From the NCBI GenBank assembly GCA_017513095.1, contig JAFWDJ010000011.1:71297-135296 (forward strand): a DNA stretch of 64,000 nt, read 5' to 3'. The number at the start of each line of letters is the position of its first letter. The first letter of the stretch is position 1. The notes beneath the pieces were generated by a model. It ran no database searches. It saw only the letters and a program-made list of their open reading frames with translations, and was not told the DNA's origin. This DNA is from Clostridia bacterium. GTDB taxonomy: Bacteria > Bacillota > Clostridia > Oscillospirales > RGIG577. A program made the position numbers and the translations under genes. Of the stretch, positions 47,455 through 59,015 are shown in pieces.

Positions 47455-50400
47455 TTTGAAACTCGTCACCTCCGAACATTTCGAAAATCTCTTCCTTCCT
47501 TCGTTTGCGCAGCTTTCTCGTTTTGTTCCCCCTGTTCTTATCGAAGCGGCAGACGCTTCTGTATTCGCAGTATTTGCAGTATACGAAGCCGCTCGCGTTC
47601 TCGTAGGGGTATATCTCTATGCTGCCCTCTTTTAGCGCGCCCGCCATCTCCGACACGATTTTTTTCACGCCCTTTTCTATCAGGGCGAACTGCTCACGCG
47701 TCGCCGTTGACGAACCATACTTAAAGCCGCCGCCTTTTTTGTACGCCACGGGTATATATTTCGAGGCGGAGCCCTTCTGCGGGTCGAGCGTGCTGTCCAT
47801 CGCCGCTATAAGGCCGTATTCGCTTCGCACGAGGCCGTTTCGTCTGAACGCGTCGTCGCGCTTGGCTTTTACGGCCTCGTCGGAATCATTTTTCGAGGCC
47901 GGCACAATGGGCTCGAAGGCGTGAAAATAGAGCACACCCGCGGCCTGCGCGCCGCCCGTCTGCTTTTTATAATATTCAGTCACGGCGAAAAGATACAGAA
48001 GCATCTGAAGATTTAAGCCGTAGGCCACGTCGTTTAAGTCGAACTTCTTATTGCCCGTCTTATAGTCGATGACGCGAAGATACGTCACGCCGTTCTCCCT
48101 GAATATGTCTATCCTGTCCACGACGCCGAAAAGGCGCACGCTTCGTGTTTCGCCGTCCGCAGCATACGCGGCGAGCGAGTCGTCCGTCACCTTGAATTCG
48201 AATTTTTCGGGCACGAAGCTCGACACACGAAGCTCTTCAAGAAGGTTTGCGATGATCGGGCGAAGGCTTCGCGTGAGGCGCGAGAAGAGATATTCAAAGC
48301 GGGCGGAGCGCTCGTCTATATAATATATCTCGGAGTTTATATACTCCTTTACGCATTCGCCGATGAGCGCCTCCGTCTCCTCGTGCGTAAACTCGCCGAG
48401 GCTTCTTTTGCTCCTCATGATTTTATAGAAAAAGGCTTCCAATATATAATGGATGAACGTGCCCGTATCGGCGGGCGTAAAGTCCGAGCGTTCGGGCTTT
48501 TTTATGTTCAGGACGTAGTTCATAAAATACGAAAAACGGCATGAGGAGAATTTTTCAATGCGGCTGGCCGTAAGATATTCGTCCTTCTTTATCATCCTTT
48601 CGCGGTTCTCGCCGCGCCGTATCCGCGCCTCATTTGTCCCGGAGGCAAATTTAAGCGCGCCCGCCTCCCATTCGCGGTAACGCTCGTCCTTTGAAAGCAC
48701 CCGTGACGCCTCCGAAAGCAGCGCACGGTCGTAAGCGCCGAGGCTTGAATTATCGGATATGCCGCCTATGATGAGCTCCTTCGCCCGCTCGGGCGAATAA
48801 AGCCTGTCCTTTATCGGGACGTTTCTTATTTTTACTGTCTTAAGCTGCGATATGCGCTCATACGCCCCCGAAAGCACGCGCGAGGGCGCGTTCTCATTGC
48901 CCGACGTCGGATACGTTATAAGCAGGGCGCGCGTAGGCGCGCAAAGCGCGCAGTAGACCAAAAACAGCTCGTAATTCGCGTTTTCGTACGCGCTTTTCGA
49001 TATCTCCATGCCGAGACTTTTAAGCTCCTCGCGCTCGGCCTCGTCGAAAAGGCCTCCGCCGCTCTGTCCGGATCTCGGTATCTTCCCGTCGGACGCGCCG
49101 ATTATCGCAACGTAGGGCGCGGACGGCGAGATAATGCGCTCGAACGACGAGAACGTCACGCAGTCGGCCGTCGGCGGCAGGGAGCCTAACTTATGCTCGG
49201 AGAGCGCGGCTTTGAATAGCTTCGCGAACTCTCCCGCCGTGCACGGCGCGTCCGAAAGCAGCGCCGCCATTTCGTCGAGCGTATCTATAATCGTGTTGTA
49301 TATCCTCATGTATTCGTCGGAGCGCCGTAAGTCCCCCGCGTCGGCATAGGCGCGCGCCGTATTCTCAATCGCGCCCGAAAAGCCCGACTCCGTCATGAAC
49401 TCAAATACGGCCTCCGCGGTCTTTTCATACGTTACGCTGCCCGACACTGCCTTTTGAAGCTTTGAAAAGGGCTCCATAACACGGCGTCTTATCTCCTCCA
49501 GGCGCGCAGTCTCGGCCTTTCCGCGTTCGGCCTCCCCGTCGTTTTTATATCCGCGCCTTGAGAGCGGATTTTTCGTAAACGGCTTTAAAAGATTCTGCCC
49601 CGAGACGCCCCACATGAGGACGTAATTTTCAAGGCAGCATATCTCCTCGTGAGTATAGTCGCCCATGCCGAGCTTTAAGCACGAGAAAAGCTCGCCGTAT
49701 GAAAGCTTATGCGACGCCGCCGAAAGCGCCGAAAGAAGCGCGCGCGCCGGAGCCATTTCGGCAACACTCTCTTTTTTGTCGGCGTAAAGCGGTATCGAAT
49801 GCTTTAAGAACGCCGAGCTTACCGCAAGCTCGTAATCGCTTATATCGGCGGCAAGTATAAGAAAGTCGGAATACCGCGCGCCGCTCTGCACGAGCGCCGA
49901 TATCCTGTCGCAGACGTACTCGGCCTCGCTTTGTACGTCGTCGGCCGCGGCGACGAAAATTTCGCCTGCGTCGCCCTCGTATGCGCTCTTTTGGCCCGTA
50001 AGAAAGGCATCCGACAAAAATTCAAGCGAAGGCGCCCTGTTTTTCACCTTCGCGACAGAAACGATCCCGGGCGTCCTGTCGTATCGCTCGAAAAGAGCGC
50101 AGAGCTTTTCCTTAGTATGGCGCGTCATTGATAAAAGCTCGTTATTTTTATGCCTTTCGTCGTATGAAAGGGCTACGCTCACGTCTTCGCAAAGGCGGAA
50201 TATCTCCTCCAAAACGAGATACTCCTGCGGAGTGAAGCCGAAGAAGGCATCTATATAGAACACCTCGTCAAGCGTTTCGAGCGATGACAAAAGGCGCGCA
50301 AGGCGCGTAAGGTCGTCCGCCGGATCGGCGTATGCCCTGCCCAGGATGGCATCGTAGGCGGAGTAAATGAGCGCCGTGTCTGAAAGCTTTTCCCTTATGC

Positions 50401-50851
50401 GCTCGTTTTCACATATTTCCCTTGTGTGAAGGAGTCTTTCGGGCGTAATGTTGTACGTCTTTAAATCGTTTACCGCCGATATCATGGCGGCGGCGAACTC
50501 GCTCTTATGCGCGGCGGGACGAAATACCGTGAGATTTTCGGCGGTCGCCGAGATCGCCAGGCTCATAACGAGCTGTTTTGCGGAGCCGCTTGCATAAACT
50601 CCGCCCGACGCCGCATATTTTGAGAACATGAGGCGCGCAAAGCGAAGAAAGCTTAAGACCTCGACGTGCGCCCCCGCCCGGTTTCCGAGCGCGCGAAGCA
50701 CCGTCCGCTCATACATCATCGTGGACTGCTCGGGCACAATGATTATGATATCCTTCTGCCCGCGCCGTATGCGCTGTCTTATTTCGTTGAGTATATATAC
50801 GGTCTTCCCGCTGCCGAGCGGGCCTAAAATAAGCTTTGCCAATACAATCAC
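47441..50851 (-). CDS. addB: ATP-dependent helicase/nuclease subunit B
   Basis: GPLGSGKT, IVPEQ, GVVDRID...IDYKTG motifs and Fe-S cysteines CKYCEYRSVC. Confidence 0.95.
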   Translation of the reverse strand: MIVLAKLILGPLGSGKTVYILNEIRQRIRRGQKDIIIIVPEQSTMMYERTVLRALGNRAGAHVEVLSFLRFARLMFSKYAASGGVYASGSAKQLVMSLAISATAENLTVFRPAAHKSEFAAAMISAVNDLKTYNITPERLLHTREICENERIREKLSDTALIYSAYDAILGRAYADPADDLTRLARLLSSLETLDEVFYIDAFFGFTPQEYLVLEEIFRLCEDVSVALSYDERHKNNELLSMTRHTKEKLCALFERYDRTPGIVSVAKVKNRAPSLEFLSDAFLTGQKSAYEGDAGEIFVAAADDVQSEAEYVCDRISALVQSGARYSDFLILAADISDYELAVSSAFLKHSIPLYADKKESVAEMAPARALLSALSAASHKLSYGELFSCLKLGMGDYTHEEICCLENYVLMWGVSGQNLLKPFTKNPLSRRGYKNDGEAERGKAETARLEEIRRRVMEPFSKLQKAVSGSVTYEKTAEAVFEFMTESGFSGAIENTARAYADAGDLRRSDEYMRIYNTIIDTLDEMAALLSDAPCTAGEFAKLFKAALSEHKLGSLPPTADCVTFSSFERIISPSAPYVAIIGASDGKIPRSGQSGGGLFDEAEREELKSLGMEISKSAYENANYELFLVYCALCAPTRALLITYPTSGNENAPSRVLSGAYERISQLKTVKIRNVPIKDRLYSPERAKELIIGGISDNSSLGAYDRALLSEASRVLSKDERYREWEAGALKFASGTNEARIRRGENRERMIKKDEYLTASRIEKFSSCRFSYFMNYVLNIKKPERSDFTPADTGTFIHYILEAFFYKIMRSKRSLGEFTHEETEALIGECVKEYINSEIYYIDERSARFEYLFSRLTRSLRPIIANLLEELRVSSFVPEKFEFKVTDDSLAAYAADGETRSVRLFGVVDRIDIFRENGVTYLRVIDYKTGNKKFDLNDVAYGLNLQMLLYLFAVTEYYKKQTGGAQAAGVLYFHAFEPIVPASKNDSDEAVKAKRDDAFRRNGLVRSEYGLIAAMDSTLDPQKGSASKYIPVAYKKGGGFKYGSSTATREQFALIEKGVKKIVSEMAGALKEGSIEIYPYENASGFVYCKYCEYRSVCRFDKNRGNKTRKLRKRRKEEIFEMFGGDEFQNGVD

Positions 50852-50933
50852 CTCGCTATGATTTTATCATAAAAAGCTATGTTTTTATCATAATCCCCGA
50901 AAATTTCAAATCTGTATCAAAATATATTAAATT

Positions 50934-50977
50934 TTCGTTAAATCTGACTTGATTTTAACGAAGTTTTATTATATAGT
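50934..50977 (+). promoter_or_regulatory. V-ATPase operon promoter with an overlapping inverted repeat
   Basis: TTGATT-N17-TATAGT; TTCGTTAAA-N11-TTTAACGAA brackets the -35 box. Confidence 0.55.
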
Positions 50978-51051
50978 GGTAGTGTATATTATTTATATAT
51001 AACGATTCCGGTTCGTTCATTTTTATGCAAAATGCGAAAGGAGGACGAATA

Positions 51052-51363
51052 ATGCAGAACATCATAGGCGAAATCATCGGAGCCGAAGCCGAAGCCCGCA
51101 AAATTACGGGCGACGCCGTAAAAAAGCGCGAAAGCATAAACGAAGACGTTAAGGCTCAGGTCACCGTCCTGCGCGAGCAGCGCATGGCCGAGGCCAGGCG
51201 TCAGATAGAAGAAAAGCTTTCCGCGCAGACCGCCGAGCTTAACGAAAAAGTTAAAGCGGCGGAAAGCGAATACGAGAAAAAAGCTTCCGAGATAGACGCC
51301 GCGTACAACAAGAACAAAGACTCTTGGATAGACCTTGCATTTAAAAAAGTGATCGGCAAGTAA
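51052..51363 (+). CDS. V/A-type ATPase peripheral stalk subunit G/H
   Basis: Charged coiled coil (I..AEAEA); first gene of the operon; GAGG RBS. Confidence 0.8.
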   Translation: MQNIIGEIIGAEAEARKITGDAVKKRESINEDVKAQVTVLREQRMAEARRQIEEKLSAQTAELNEKVKAAESEYEKKASEIDAAYNKNKDSWIDLAFKKVIGK

Positions 51364-51388
51364 AATTTATGGCAGGTGACAAAAATCA

Positions 51389-52447
51389 ATGTTTGAAATT
51401 GTAAAGTACGGCGGACTCTTGGGCAAAGCTGCCGGAGTTTATGCAAAGCGCATAACTGCGGAGCAGTTTGCCGAGATGAAGCAGAAGACCACAGCCGAAG
51501 AAATTGTCGCGATGCTCAAGGCCCACAAGGGGTACAGCGACGTGCTGGCCGAATTTTCCGAGCGCGACTTCGACCGCGAGGCGCTTGAACGCAAGCTTTC
51601 CATGACGATCGAACAGGACTTCGGTATGCTGTACCGCTATACCACGCAAAGCGACGCTGACCTTCTCAAATACTTCGTTATACAGAACGACGTTGAGCAG
51701 ATTTTGAAATACGTGCGTCTCATTCAGGCGAAAAAGACGGACACGTATTCATACGAGCCGACGACCTTTATAACCCATTTATCGCGTCTCGAGTTTTCCA
51801 AGTTCAAAACATGCCAGACGCTCGATGAGTTCATAGAGTCGCTGTCGCGCTCTCCCTACTATAATATAATGCTCCCGTACAAGGCAAAGGAGGCCTTCGA
51901 CTATACGCATCTCGAAGGCGCGCTTATGACCTATTTGTATAAGAAGTTTTTAAAGCTTATTGAGGACCATAAGGACAGCGGCGTGAGAAAAGAGCTTTCA
52001 AAATTCGTAAAGACTCTTCTCGACATGAAAAACTTCACAAACGTGCTTCGCTGTTTGTACGTCGGTCAGGACAGGCAGTCCATATACGGATACCTTCTGC
52101 CGTTCTCATCCGACGCCTCGGCAAAGCAGCTCGTCAATTCCATGATAAACGCGCATTCCTACGAAGAGGGCCTTGCGATGCTCATGGACTCGCGCTATAA
52201 GAAGTATTTCGATACGGGCGCGGACGAGGGCGACAAATTCATCGAAAGCTATTACCTTGAATATGAGTACAAATTCGCCAAAAAGACCATTGCGGGCCTT
52301 GCGCCCAACGTGTCTTTGGTAGTTGCGTACCTCGTATACAAGGACCTTGAGGTAAAGAATATAATCCACCTCATCGAGGCTAAGAGCTATGATCTGACGA
52401 ATGAAGAAACGGAGCGTTTCTTCATCGGCGGCAGGAAAGCGGGGTGA
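51389..52447 (+). CDS. V/A-type ATPase subunit C (d/AC39)
   Basis: Size and position; C-terminal AYL..K..EVKNI..LIE..Y motif. Confidence 0.85.
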   Translation: MFEIVKYGGLLGKAAGVYAKRITAEQFAEMKQKTTAEEIVAMLKAHKGYSDVLAEFSERDFDREALERKLSMTIEQDFGMLYRYTTQSDADLLKYFVIQNDVEQILKYVRLIQAKKTDTYSYEPTTFITHLSRLEFSKFKTCQTLDEFIESLSRSPYYNIMLPYKAKEAFDYTHLEGALMTYLYKKFLKLIEDHKDSGVRKELSKFVKTLLDMKNFTNVLRCLYVGQDRQSIYGYLLPFSSDASAKQLVNSMINAHSYEEGLAMLMDSRYKKYFDTGADEGDKFIESYYLEYEYKFAKKTIAGLAPNVSLVVAYLVYKDLEVKNIIHLIEAKSYDLTNEETERFFIGGRKAG

Positions 52448-52453
52448 TTATTT

Positions 52454-54376
52454 ATGTCTGTTGAAAAAATGCAGCTTGTACACGTTCTGGGAAGCATGGA
52501 CAGGTTTTCGCGGGCGGCCGACATTTTATGCGACACGCGAGTCTTTCATCCCGAAAACACGAAGGAGTTTTTGGGCAAGTTTGAAAACATAGTCCCGTTC
52601 GAGTCGAGAAACCCGTACGACCATACGCTTTCGCTTTCGCTTGAAACGCTCTCTCTTGCGGGCCTTAAAGCCCAGAAGCGCGATTTCTCCGAAGTTACCC
52701 TTTCGGATAAGGATATCGAGCTTTACTTTGAGGACGCGCGCGACTATTTCCTCGGCCTTCAGAAGAAAAAGGACGAATACGCCTCGGGAATATCAAAAAG
52801 CGAATACGCGATAAGCTTTTTAGAGCCGTTAGGCTCGCTCGACGTGCCCGTTTCAAAGCTCATAAGCTTTGAATTCATCGCCGTAAGGTTCGGAAAGATG
52901 CCCGTGACGAGCAGTGAAAAATACAAGCTGTTCATCCTTGAAAACGAAGACGTTTTCTTCTTCCCCTTCAGGGAGGACAAGGAAAACGTGTACGGCATGT
53001 ACATAGCGCCCACGGCCTCAATCGAGAAGGCCGACGCCGTATTCGATTCGCTCGCGTTCGAGCGTCTGCCCTCGGGAGAGGAGTACACGGATACGCCGAA
53101 GGCCACGATAGAGATGTTAAACCGCGACATTGAAAAGATGCGCGGCGAAATCGAGGCGCTTGATGCCGAGGCCCGGGAATACTCCGAAAAGAACGGCGAA
53201 ACGATGCTTACGCTCTACGCGAAGACGCGCCACGATTTCGAGGTATACAAGCTCATGTGCCACGCGGCGCATTCCGAAAGCACGTTCTACCTCGTGGGCT
53301 GGGTGCCCAAGAGAAACGCCGACGCTTTAAAGTCGTCGTTCGACAGCGAGGAAGCGCTTCTTTGCAGCTTCGTAAGTGACAAGGACGAGGAGATCGAGTG
53401 TCCCGACGTTCCGCCTCCGACGAAGCTTCGCAACTTCGCGCTTTTCAGACCGTTCGAGGCGTTCCTTAAGATGTACGCTCTGCCTTCCTACAACGAGATG
53501 GACCCCACTCCCCTTTTGGCGATAGCGTACTCCGTACTCTTCGGAGTCATGTTCGGAGACGTGGGACAGGGCGCGGTGCTCTTTATAGCCGGTCTTTTCT
53601 TCGGCTTCGTAAAGAAGCGCACGCTCGGCAAGATAATTGCCTGCGTAGGCGTCTTCTCGATAATATTCGGATTCGTCTACGGCAGCTTCTTCGGATACGA
53701 GGATATAATACACGGCCCGTTCCACGCAATGGAGCATATAAGCTTCACGCTTACGGGCTCGGTAATACTCGGTATGGTCATGGTAGTGTTTATGATAATC
53801 TTAAATATCATAAACGGCTTCCGTCAGAAGAACTTTGAAAAAGTAGTGTTCTCATCGAACGGCTTTGCGGGGCTTGTGCTCTACGTCGGAATAATAGCGG
53901 TCATACTGCTTCTGTTCAACCTGGGCGCAAATCTCCTCTCGCCGTGGTTCATCGTGGTATTCATCGTTATACCGCTCATCCTCATATGGTTCAGAGAGCC
54001 CCTCTCGCACTTATGTCTCAGACGGAAGTGGAAGCCCGAGGATAAGGCGATGTATTTCGTTGAAAACTTCTTTGAGCTCATAGACGTGCTCCTTTCGGCA
54101 CTTACGAATACGCTGTCATTCATAAGAGTCGGGGCGTTCGCCTTGAACCACGTCGGTATGATGATGGTTGTCTTCATACTGGCGCAGCAGGCCAACGGCG
54201 GTCAGAACATGGTCGTTGTCGTAATCGGCAACATCTTCGTAATGGCGCTGGAAGGTCTCTTAGTAGGAATACAGGTACTGAGGCTCAATTATTATGAGTT
54301 CTTCTCACGTTTCTATGAAGGAAACGGCCGAGCGTTCGAACCTGTTAGTATAAAGTATAATAAAAACAATATTTAG
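52454..54376 (+). CDS. V/A-type ATPase subunit I (a)
   Basis: PPTKLRN, Y.EMDPT, MFGDVGQG, SFIRVGAF and LRLNYYEFFSRFY motifs. Confidence 0.95.
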   Translation: MSVEKMQLVHVLGSMDRFSRAADILCDTRVFHPENTKEFLGKFENIVPFESRNPYDHTLSLSLETLSLAGLKAQKRDFSEVTLSDKDIELYFEDARDYFLGLQKKKDEYASGISKSEYAISFLEPLGSLDVPVSKLISFEFIAVRFGKMPVTSSEKYKLFILENEDVFFFPFREDKENVYGMYIAPTASIEKADAVFDSLAFERLPSGEEYTDTPKATIEMLNRDIEKMRGEIEALDAEAREYSEKNGETMLTLYAKTRHDFEVYKLMCHAAHSESTFYLVGWVPKRNADALKSSFDSEEALLCSFVSDKDEEIECPDVPPPTKLRNFALFRPFEAFLKMYALPSYNEMDPTPLLAIAYSVLFGVMFGDVGQGAVLFIAGLFFGFVKKRTLGKIIACVGVFSIIFGFVYGSFFGYEDIIHGPFHAMEHISFTLTGSVILGMVMVVFMIILNIINGFRQKNFEKVVFSSNGFAGLVLYVGIIAVILLLFNLGANLLSPWFIVVFIVIPLILIWFREPLSHLCLRRKWKPEDKAMYFVENFFELIDVLLSALTNTLSFIRVGAFALNHVGMMMVVFILAQQANGGQNMVVVVIGNIFVMALEGLLVGIQVLRLNYYEFFSRFYEGNGRAFEPVSIKYNKNNI

Positions 54377-54389
54377 GAGGAATTTTATC

Positions 54390-54830
54390 ATGGAGTACAT
54401 TCTTTTATTAGTAGTAGCGGCAATAATCGTTCTGCCCGCCGTACTCATCGGCAAGCGCATCTTAACCGGCAAAAAAGCTAAATACGCAATGATATTCAAC
54501 GTGGCTGCAATACTTGCGATTTGCGGCCTTACGATCGCAGGCCCGCTTGGCGGCATCGTTTTAGCAGCGGGCGGCGCAGCAGGCACCGCTGAAATAGCGG
54601 CTCTCCTCGCAGCATCCGGCAACGCATTCATCGGCGCAGGCCTCGCAGTTGGTCTTGCCTGCGTGGGCGCAGGTATCGCAGTTGCAAGCTCCGCTTCCAC
54701 CGCGATCAGCGCAATGACCGAAAACTCCAGCATCATGGGCCGCGCGCTTATATTCGTTGCTCTTGGCGAAGGTATTGCAATCTACGGTCTTCTTATCGCA
54801 ATCCAGATAATCAACAAGATTCCGCTTTGA
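54390..54830 (+). CDS. V/A-type ATPase proteolipid subunit K (c)
   Basis: GAGIAV...FVALGEGIAIYG with the ion-binding Glu. Confidence 0.92.
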   Translation: MEYILLLVVAAIIVLPAVLIGKRILTGKKAKYAMIFNVAAILAICGLTIAGPLGGIVLAAGGAAGTAEIAALLAASGNAFIGAGLAVGLACVGAGIAVASSASTAISAMTENSSIMGRALIFVALGEGIAIYGLLIAIQIINKIPL

Positions 54831-54852
54831 TTTTACCCCCAAGGAGGCTGTT

Positions 54853-55161
54853 ATGCGTTATTATCTTCTAAGCGATAATATCGATACCCTTACGGGTATG
54901 CGTCTCGTCGGCATAGAGGGCGAAATAATAAACGACGCCGCGACGCTGTCGAAGCGGCTCGACGCACTCACGCGCGATCCCGACATCGCCGTGATACTTC
55001 TTACCGACACCGTAAACAATATGTGCAAGGAAAAGCTTATCAATATAAAGCTAAATTACAAACAGCCTTTGATTGTTGTTATACCCGACAGACACGGTCA
55101 CGGAAGCTTAAGCGATTCCATAACATCTTACGTTAAAGATGCGGTCGGATTAAAGATTTGA
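54853..55161 (+). CDS. V/A-type ATPase subunit F
   Basis: DTLTGMRLVGI...PLIVVIP...AVG motif. Confidence 0.92.
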   Translation: MRYYLLSDNIDTLTGMRLVGIEGEIINDAATLSKRLDALTRDPDIAVILLTDTVNNMCKEKLINIKLNYKQPLIVVIPDRHGHGSLSDSITSYVKDAVGLKI

Positions 55162-55172
55162 GGTGAAGATAA

Positions 55173-55793
55173 ATGAGCGAAGAAAACATTGCCCGCACCG
55201 GCAGCGCCGATGCAAAGCTTGAGCGTTTTATCGAAACCGTACGCGCCGAGGCCGAAAAGCGCCGCGACGAGATTTTAGCACAAACAAAGGCTCTCACGGA
55301 TGAAAAGATAGCTGTTGAGCGTGATAAAATAGAACGCGAAATTTCCAATTACCTTTTTGAAGAACAGGAAAAACTCGACGCAAAATATAAGCAAACGCTC
55401 TCGAAAGTCAATTTCGACGGCAGACGTATGCTCCTTACGAAGCGCGAAAACGTCATAAACTCAGTTTTCGACGAGGTAAAAGCAAAGCTTCGGGAATATA
55501 CGAAGACCGACGAGTATAAAGCCTATATCATTGAGCGCGTTCGTGCGGCGAAGGACGGCATGGGCGGCGGAAACGTAGTGATAACCCTGCGTCCCGACGA
55601 TAAAGCTCTGGCGGACGACGTAAAGGCCGCGTGGGGCGGCGGCGCAGAGGTAGTATTCTCCGGCGCCGTTGAAAACGGAGGCGCGATGATCGCCTCCCAC
55701 GAAAAGCAGATAGTCGTTGACGAGACCTTTGACAAAAAGCTCCTCGAAGCTCAAAGCGATTTCGTTAAGACGAGCGGCTTGTATTTCGGCTGA
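55173..55793 (+). CDS. V/A-type ATPase subunit E
   Basis: N-terminal coiled coil; C-terminal GG.......VDETFD..L. Confidence 0.88.
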   Translation: MSEENIARTGSADAKLERFIETVRAEAEKRRDEILAQTKALTDEKIAVERDKIEREISNYLFEEQEKLDAKYKQTLSKVNFDGRRMLLTKRENVINSVFDEVKAKLREYTKTDEYKAYIIERVRAAKDGMGGGNVVITLRPDDKALADDVKAAWGGGAEVVFSGAVENGGAMIASHEKQIVVDETFDKKLLEAQSDFVKTSGLYFG

Positions 55794-55827
55794 TATAAGG
55801 CCAATAAGATAAAGCAGGTGTAAAATT

Positions 55828-57606
55828 ATGTCTAATGAAACATCAGTAAAGATATACGGTATAAACGGCCCTGTCGTTACCGTTGAAAGCAACGATGTCC
55901 TTAAAATGTCCGAAATGGTCTATGTCGGAAACGAAAATCTCATCGGCGAGGTTATCGGTATCGGCGACGATTACTCGATAATCCAGGTATACGAGTCTAC
56001 GACCGGAATACGCCCCGGCGAGCCAGTTACCACCACGGGCCGCTCGATGTCATTAAAGCTCGGCCCCGGCATAGTATCAAACATTTTTGACGGCATCCTT
56101 CGTCCCCTCCTTCGTATCAAGGAGGAGTCGGGCGCTTTCATTGACCGCGGTATCAACATCGACGCGCTTGACCACGAACGTCTCTTCGACGTTACCGTCA
56201 AGGTCGAAAAGGGCCAGGTATTAAAAAGCGGCGACATATTCTGCTCTTGCCCCGAGACCCCGCTTATCGAGCACCGCTGCATGGTGCCGAACGGTATCGA
56301 GGGCGAAGTTGTGGAGGTCGTCCCCAACGGTCAGTACAACGTTGATACGGAAATAATCAAATTAAAGACTCCCTCGGGAGAAGTAGTGGGCATTCCCATG
56401 TGGCAGGAGTGGCCGATAAGAATCCCGCGTCCGTTTGAAAAGCGCATACCGATAGATACGCCGCTTATCACGGGCCAGCGAGTTATCGATACCCTCTTCC
56501 CCATCGCCAAGGGCGGCTGCGCCGCAATCCCCGGCGGCTTCGGTACGGGCAAAACGATGACCCAGCACCAGCTCGCGAAGTGGTGCGACGCAGACATCAT
56601 AGTATACGTAGGCTGCGGCGAGCGCGGAAACGAGATGACGCAGGTTCTCGACGAGTTCGCAGAGCTCATCGACCCGAAGTCAAACGAAAAGCTCACCAAC
56701 CGTACCGTGCTCATAGCCAACACGTCGAACATGCCTGTTGCGGCGCGTGAGGCTTCGATATACACGGGCATAACGCTGGGCGAGTTCTACCGCGACATGG
56801 GCTACCACGTAGCAATCATGGCCGACTCCACCTCCCGCTGGGCCGAGGCCCTTCGTGAGATATCCGGACGACTCGAGGAAATGCCCGCCGAGGAAGGCTA
56901 CCCCGCATACCTCCCGTCGCGTCTGGCGGCCTTCTACGAGCGTGCGGGCTTCGTTCACGCGCTTTCGGGAAAGGACGGCTCGGTATCCATTATCGGCGCC
57001 GTATCCCCGCAGGGCGGCGACTTCTCGGAGCCTGTAACCCAGAACACGCAGAGATTTACCCGCTGCTTCTGGGCGCTTGACAAGCAGCTTGCATATGCGC
57101 GTCACTATCCGTCCATAAACTGGCTGCAAAGCTACAGCGAATACTTCACGGACCTCGCTCCGTGGTTCTCCGAGCGCGTTGACCCGAAGTTCCAGCCTTA
57201 CCGCACGAGGCTCATGGCGCTGCTTCAGGAAGAGAGCAGACTTATGGAGATAGTTAAGCTCATCGGCGGCGACTTCTTGCCTGACGATCAGAAGCTTATC
57301 ATCGAGATCGCCAGAGTCATAAGAGTCGGATTCCTTCAGCAGAACGCGTTCCACGCAAGCGACACCTACGTTCCGCTTGAAAAGCAGTTTAAGATGATGG
57401 AGGTAATCGTTTACCTTTACAACGCGGCGCTCGAGCTCGTAGGCATGAGCGTTCCGATGTCCGTCATCCTCGGTTCAGGACTCTTTGAAAGTCTTATTAA
57501 AATCAAATACGATGTACCGAACGACCAGATCGAGCTTATCGACGGATATAAGACTCAGATCGACGAGTTCGTGGACAAGACGAAAAAGGAGTATGCGAAC
57601 ATATGA
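55828..57606 (+). CDS. V/A-type ATPase catalytic subunit A
   Basis: [29 protein letters not shown] and YERAG motifs. Confidence 0.97.
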   Translation: MSNETSVKIYGINGPVVTVESNDVLKMSEMVYVGNENLIGEVIGIGDDYSIIQVYESTTGIRPGEPVTTTGRSMSLKLGPGIVSNIFDGILRPLLRIKEESGAFIDRGINIDALDHERLFDVTVKVEKGQVLKSGDIFCSCPETPLIEHRCMVPNGIEGEVVEVVPNGQYNVDTEIIKLKTPSGEVVGIPMWQEWPIRIPRPFEKRIPIDTPLITGQRVIDTLFPIAKGGCAAIPGGFGTGKTMTQHQLAKWCDADIIVYVGCGERGNEMTQVLDEFAELIDPKSNEKLTNRTVLIANTSNMPVAAREASIYTGITLGEFYRDMGYHVAIMADSTSRWAEALREISGRLEEMPAEEGYPAYLPSRLAAFYERAGFVHALSGKDGSVSIIGAVSPQGGDFSEPVTQNTQRFTRCFWALDKQLAYARHYPSINWLQSYSEYFTDLAPWFSERVDPKFQPYRTRLMALLQEESRLMEIVKLIGGDFLPDDQKLIIEIARVIRVGFLQQNAFHASDTYVPLEKQFKMMEVIVYLYNAALELVGMSVPMSVILGSGLFESLIKIKYDVPNDQIELIDGYKTQIDEFVDKTKKEYANI

Positions 57607-59015
57607 ACATAGAATATTTAGGACTCAGTGAGATAAACGGCCCGCTTATCGCCATTGACAACGTAAAGGGCGCATCCTTCGAGGAAATGGTCGAAATTGC
57701 CGTTGAGGGCAGCGAGAACCGCATGGGACGTATCGTTCAGATGTACGGCGACAAGGCTATCGTTCAGGTCTTCGAGGGCACGAGCGGCCTTTCGAGAAAG
57801 AACACGCGCGCAAGATTTACGGGAAAGCCTATGGAAATGCCCGTATCGCGTGAGCTTCTCGGCCGCGTATTCGACGGCGCGGGACGCCCGATAGACGGCT
57901 TGGGCGAGATTTTCGCAGAAAAGCGCGTCGACGTAAACGGCAAGCCGATAAACCCGGCTGCCCGCACGTATCCCCGTAACTATATAAGAAGCGGCATATC
58001 GACGATTGACGCGCTGTCCACGATCATTCGCGGACAGAAGCTGCCGATATTCTCCGGCGCAGGTATGCCCCACGACCAGCTGGCCGTTCAGATAGTTAAG
58101 CAGGCTCAGATCATGGGCACGGGCGAGGAATCGAGCGAAGACTTCGCAATAGTGTTCGCCGCGATGGGCGTTAAGAACGACGTTGCCGACTACTTCAGGA
58201 GAAGCTTTGAGGAAAGCGGCGTTTTGGAGCGCGTTTCCATGTTCTTAAACCTCTCGAACGACCCCATAGTCGAGCGTATACTTACTCCGCTCTGCGCGCT
58301 TACCGCAGCCGAGTACCTCGCGTTCGACCTCGGTATGCAGATACTCGTTATCATGACCGACATGACCTCCTACGCCGAGGCTCTTCGTGAGTTCTCCTCG
58401 TCAAAGGGCGAGATCCCCGGCCGTAAGGGTTATCCCGGCTACCTTTACTCGAACCTTGCAACGCTCTATGAGAGAGCCGGCATAATCCAGGGCTCGAAGG
58501 GCTCGATCACGCAGATACCGATACTTACGATGCCCAACGACGATATAACGCACCCCGTTCCCGACCTTACGGGATACATCACCGAGGGTCAGATAGTTCT
58601 TGACAGAACGCTCGACCAGTCGGGCATATATCCGCCGATCTCCGTGCTCCCGTCGCTTTCGCGACTGATGAAGGACGGTATCGGTAAGGGCTATACGCGC
58701 GAGGACCATCCTCCCCTCTCGAACCAGCTCTTCTCGGCATACGCAAAGGTTATGGATGCGCGTTCGCTCGCGTCGGTTATCGGCGCCGACGAGCTTTCCG
58801 AGAACGATAAGAAGTATCTCGAATTCGGCCGTCAGTTTGAGGAGCGCTTCGTAACGCAGGGCATAAACGAGAACCGCACTACGGAATACTCGCTCGATTT
58901 GGGCTGGGAGCTTCTTACCCTGCTTCCGGAGAGCGAGCTTGACCGTATCGACAAGGAGCTGCTTGCAAAGTACTACAAGAAGCAAAACACCACACAGCCC
59001 AGGAGTGATGCGTAA
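57603..59015 (+). CDS. V/A-type ATPase subunit B
   Basis: [20 protein letters not shown] and [11 protein letters not shown] motifs. Confidence 0.97.
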   Translation: MNIEYLGLSEINGPLIAIDNVKGASFEEMVEIAVEGSENRMGRIVQMYGDKAIVQVFEGTSGLSRKNTRARFTGKPMEMPVSRELLGRVFDGAGRPIDGLGEIFAEKRVDVNGKPINPAARTYPRNYIRSGISTIDALSTIIRGQKLPIFSGAGMPHDQLAVQIVKQAQIMGTGEESSEDFAIVFAAMGVKNDVADYFRRSFEESGVLERVSMFLNLSNDPIVERILTPLCALTAAEYLAFDLGMQILVIMTDMTSYAEALREFSSSKGEIPGRKGYPGYLYSNLATLYERAGIIQGSKGSITQIPILTMPNDDITHPVPDLTGYITEGQIVLDRTLDQSGIYPPISVLPSLSRLMKDGIGKGYTREDHPPLSNQLFSAYAKVMDARSLASVIGADELSENDKKYLEFGRQFEERFVTQGINENRTTEYSLDLGWELLTLLPESELDRIDKELLAKYYKKQNTTQPRSDA

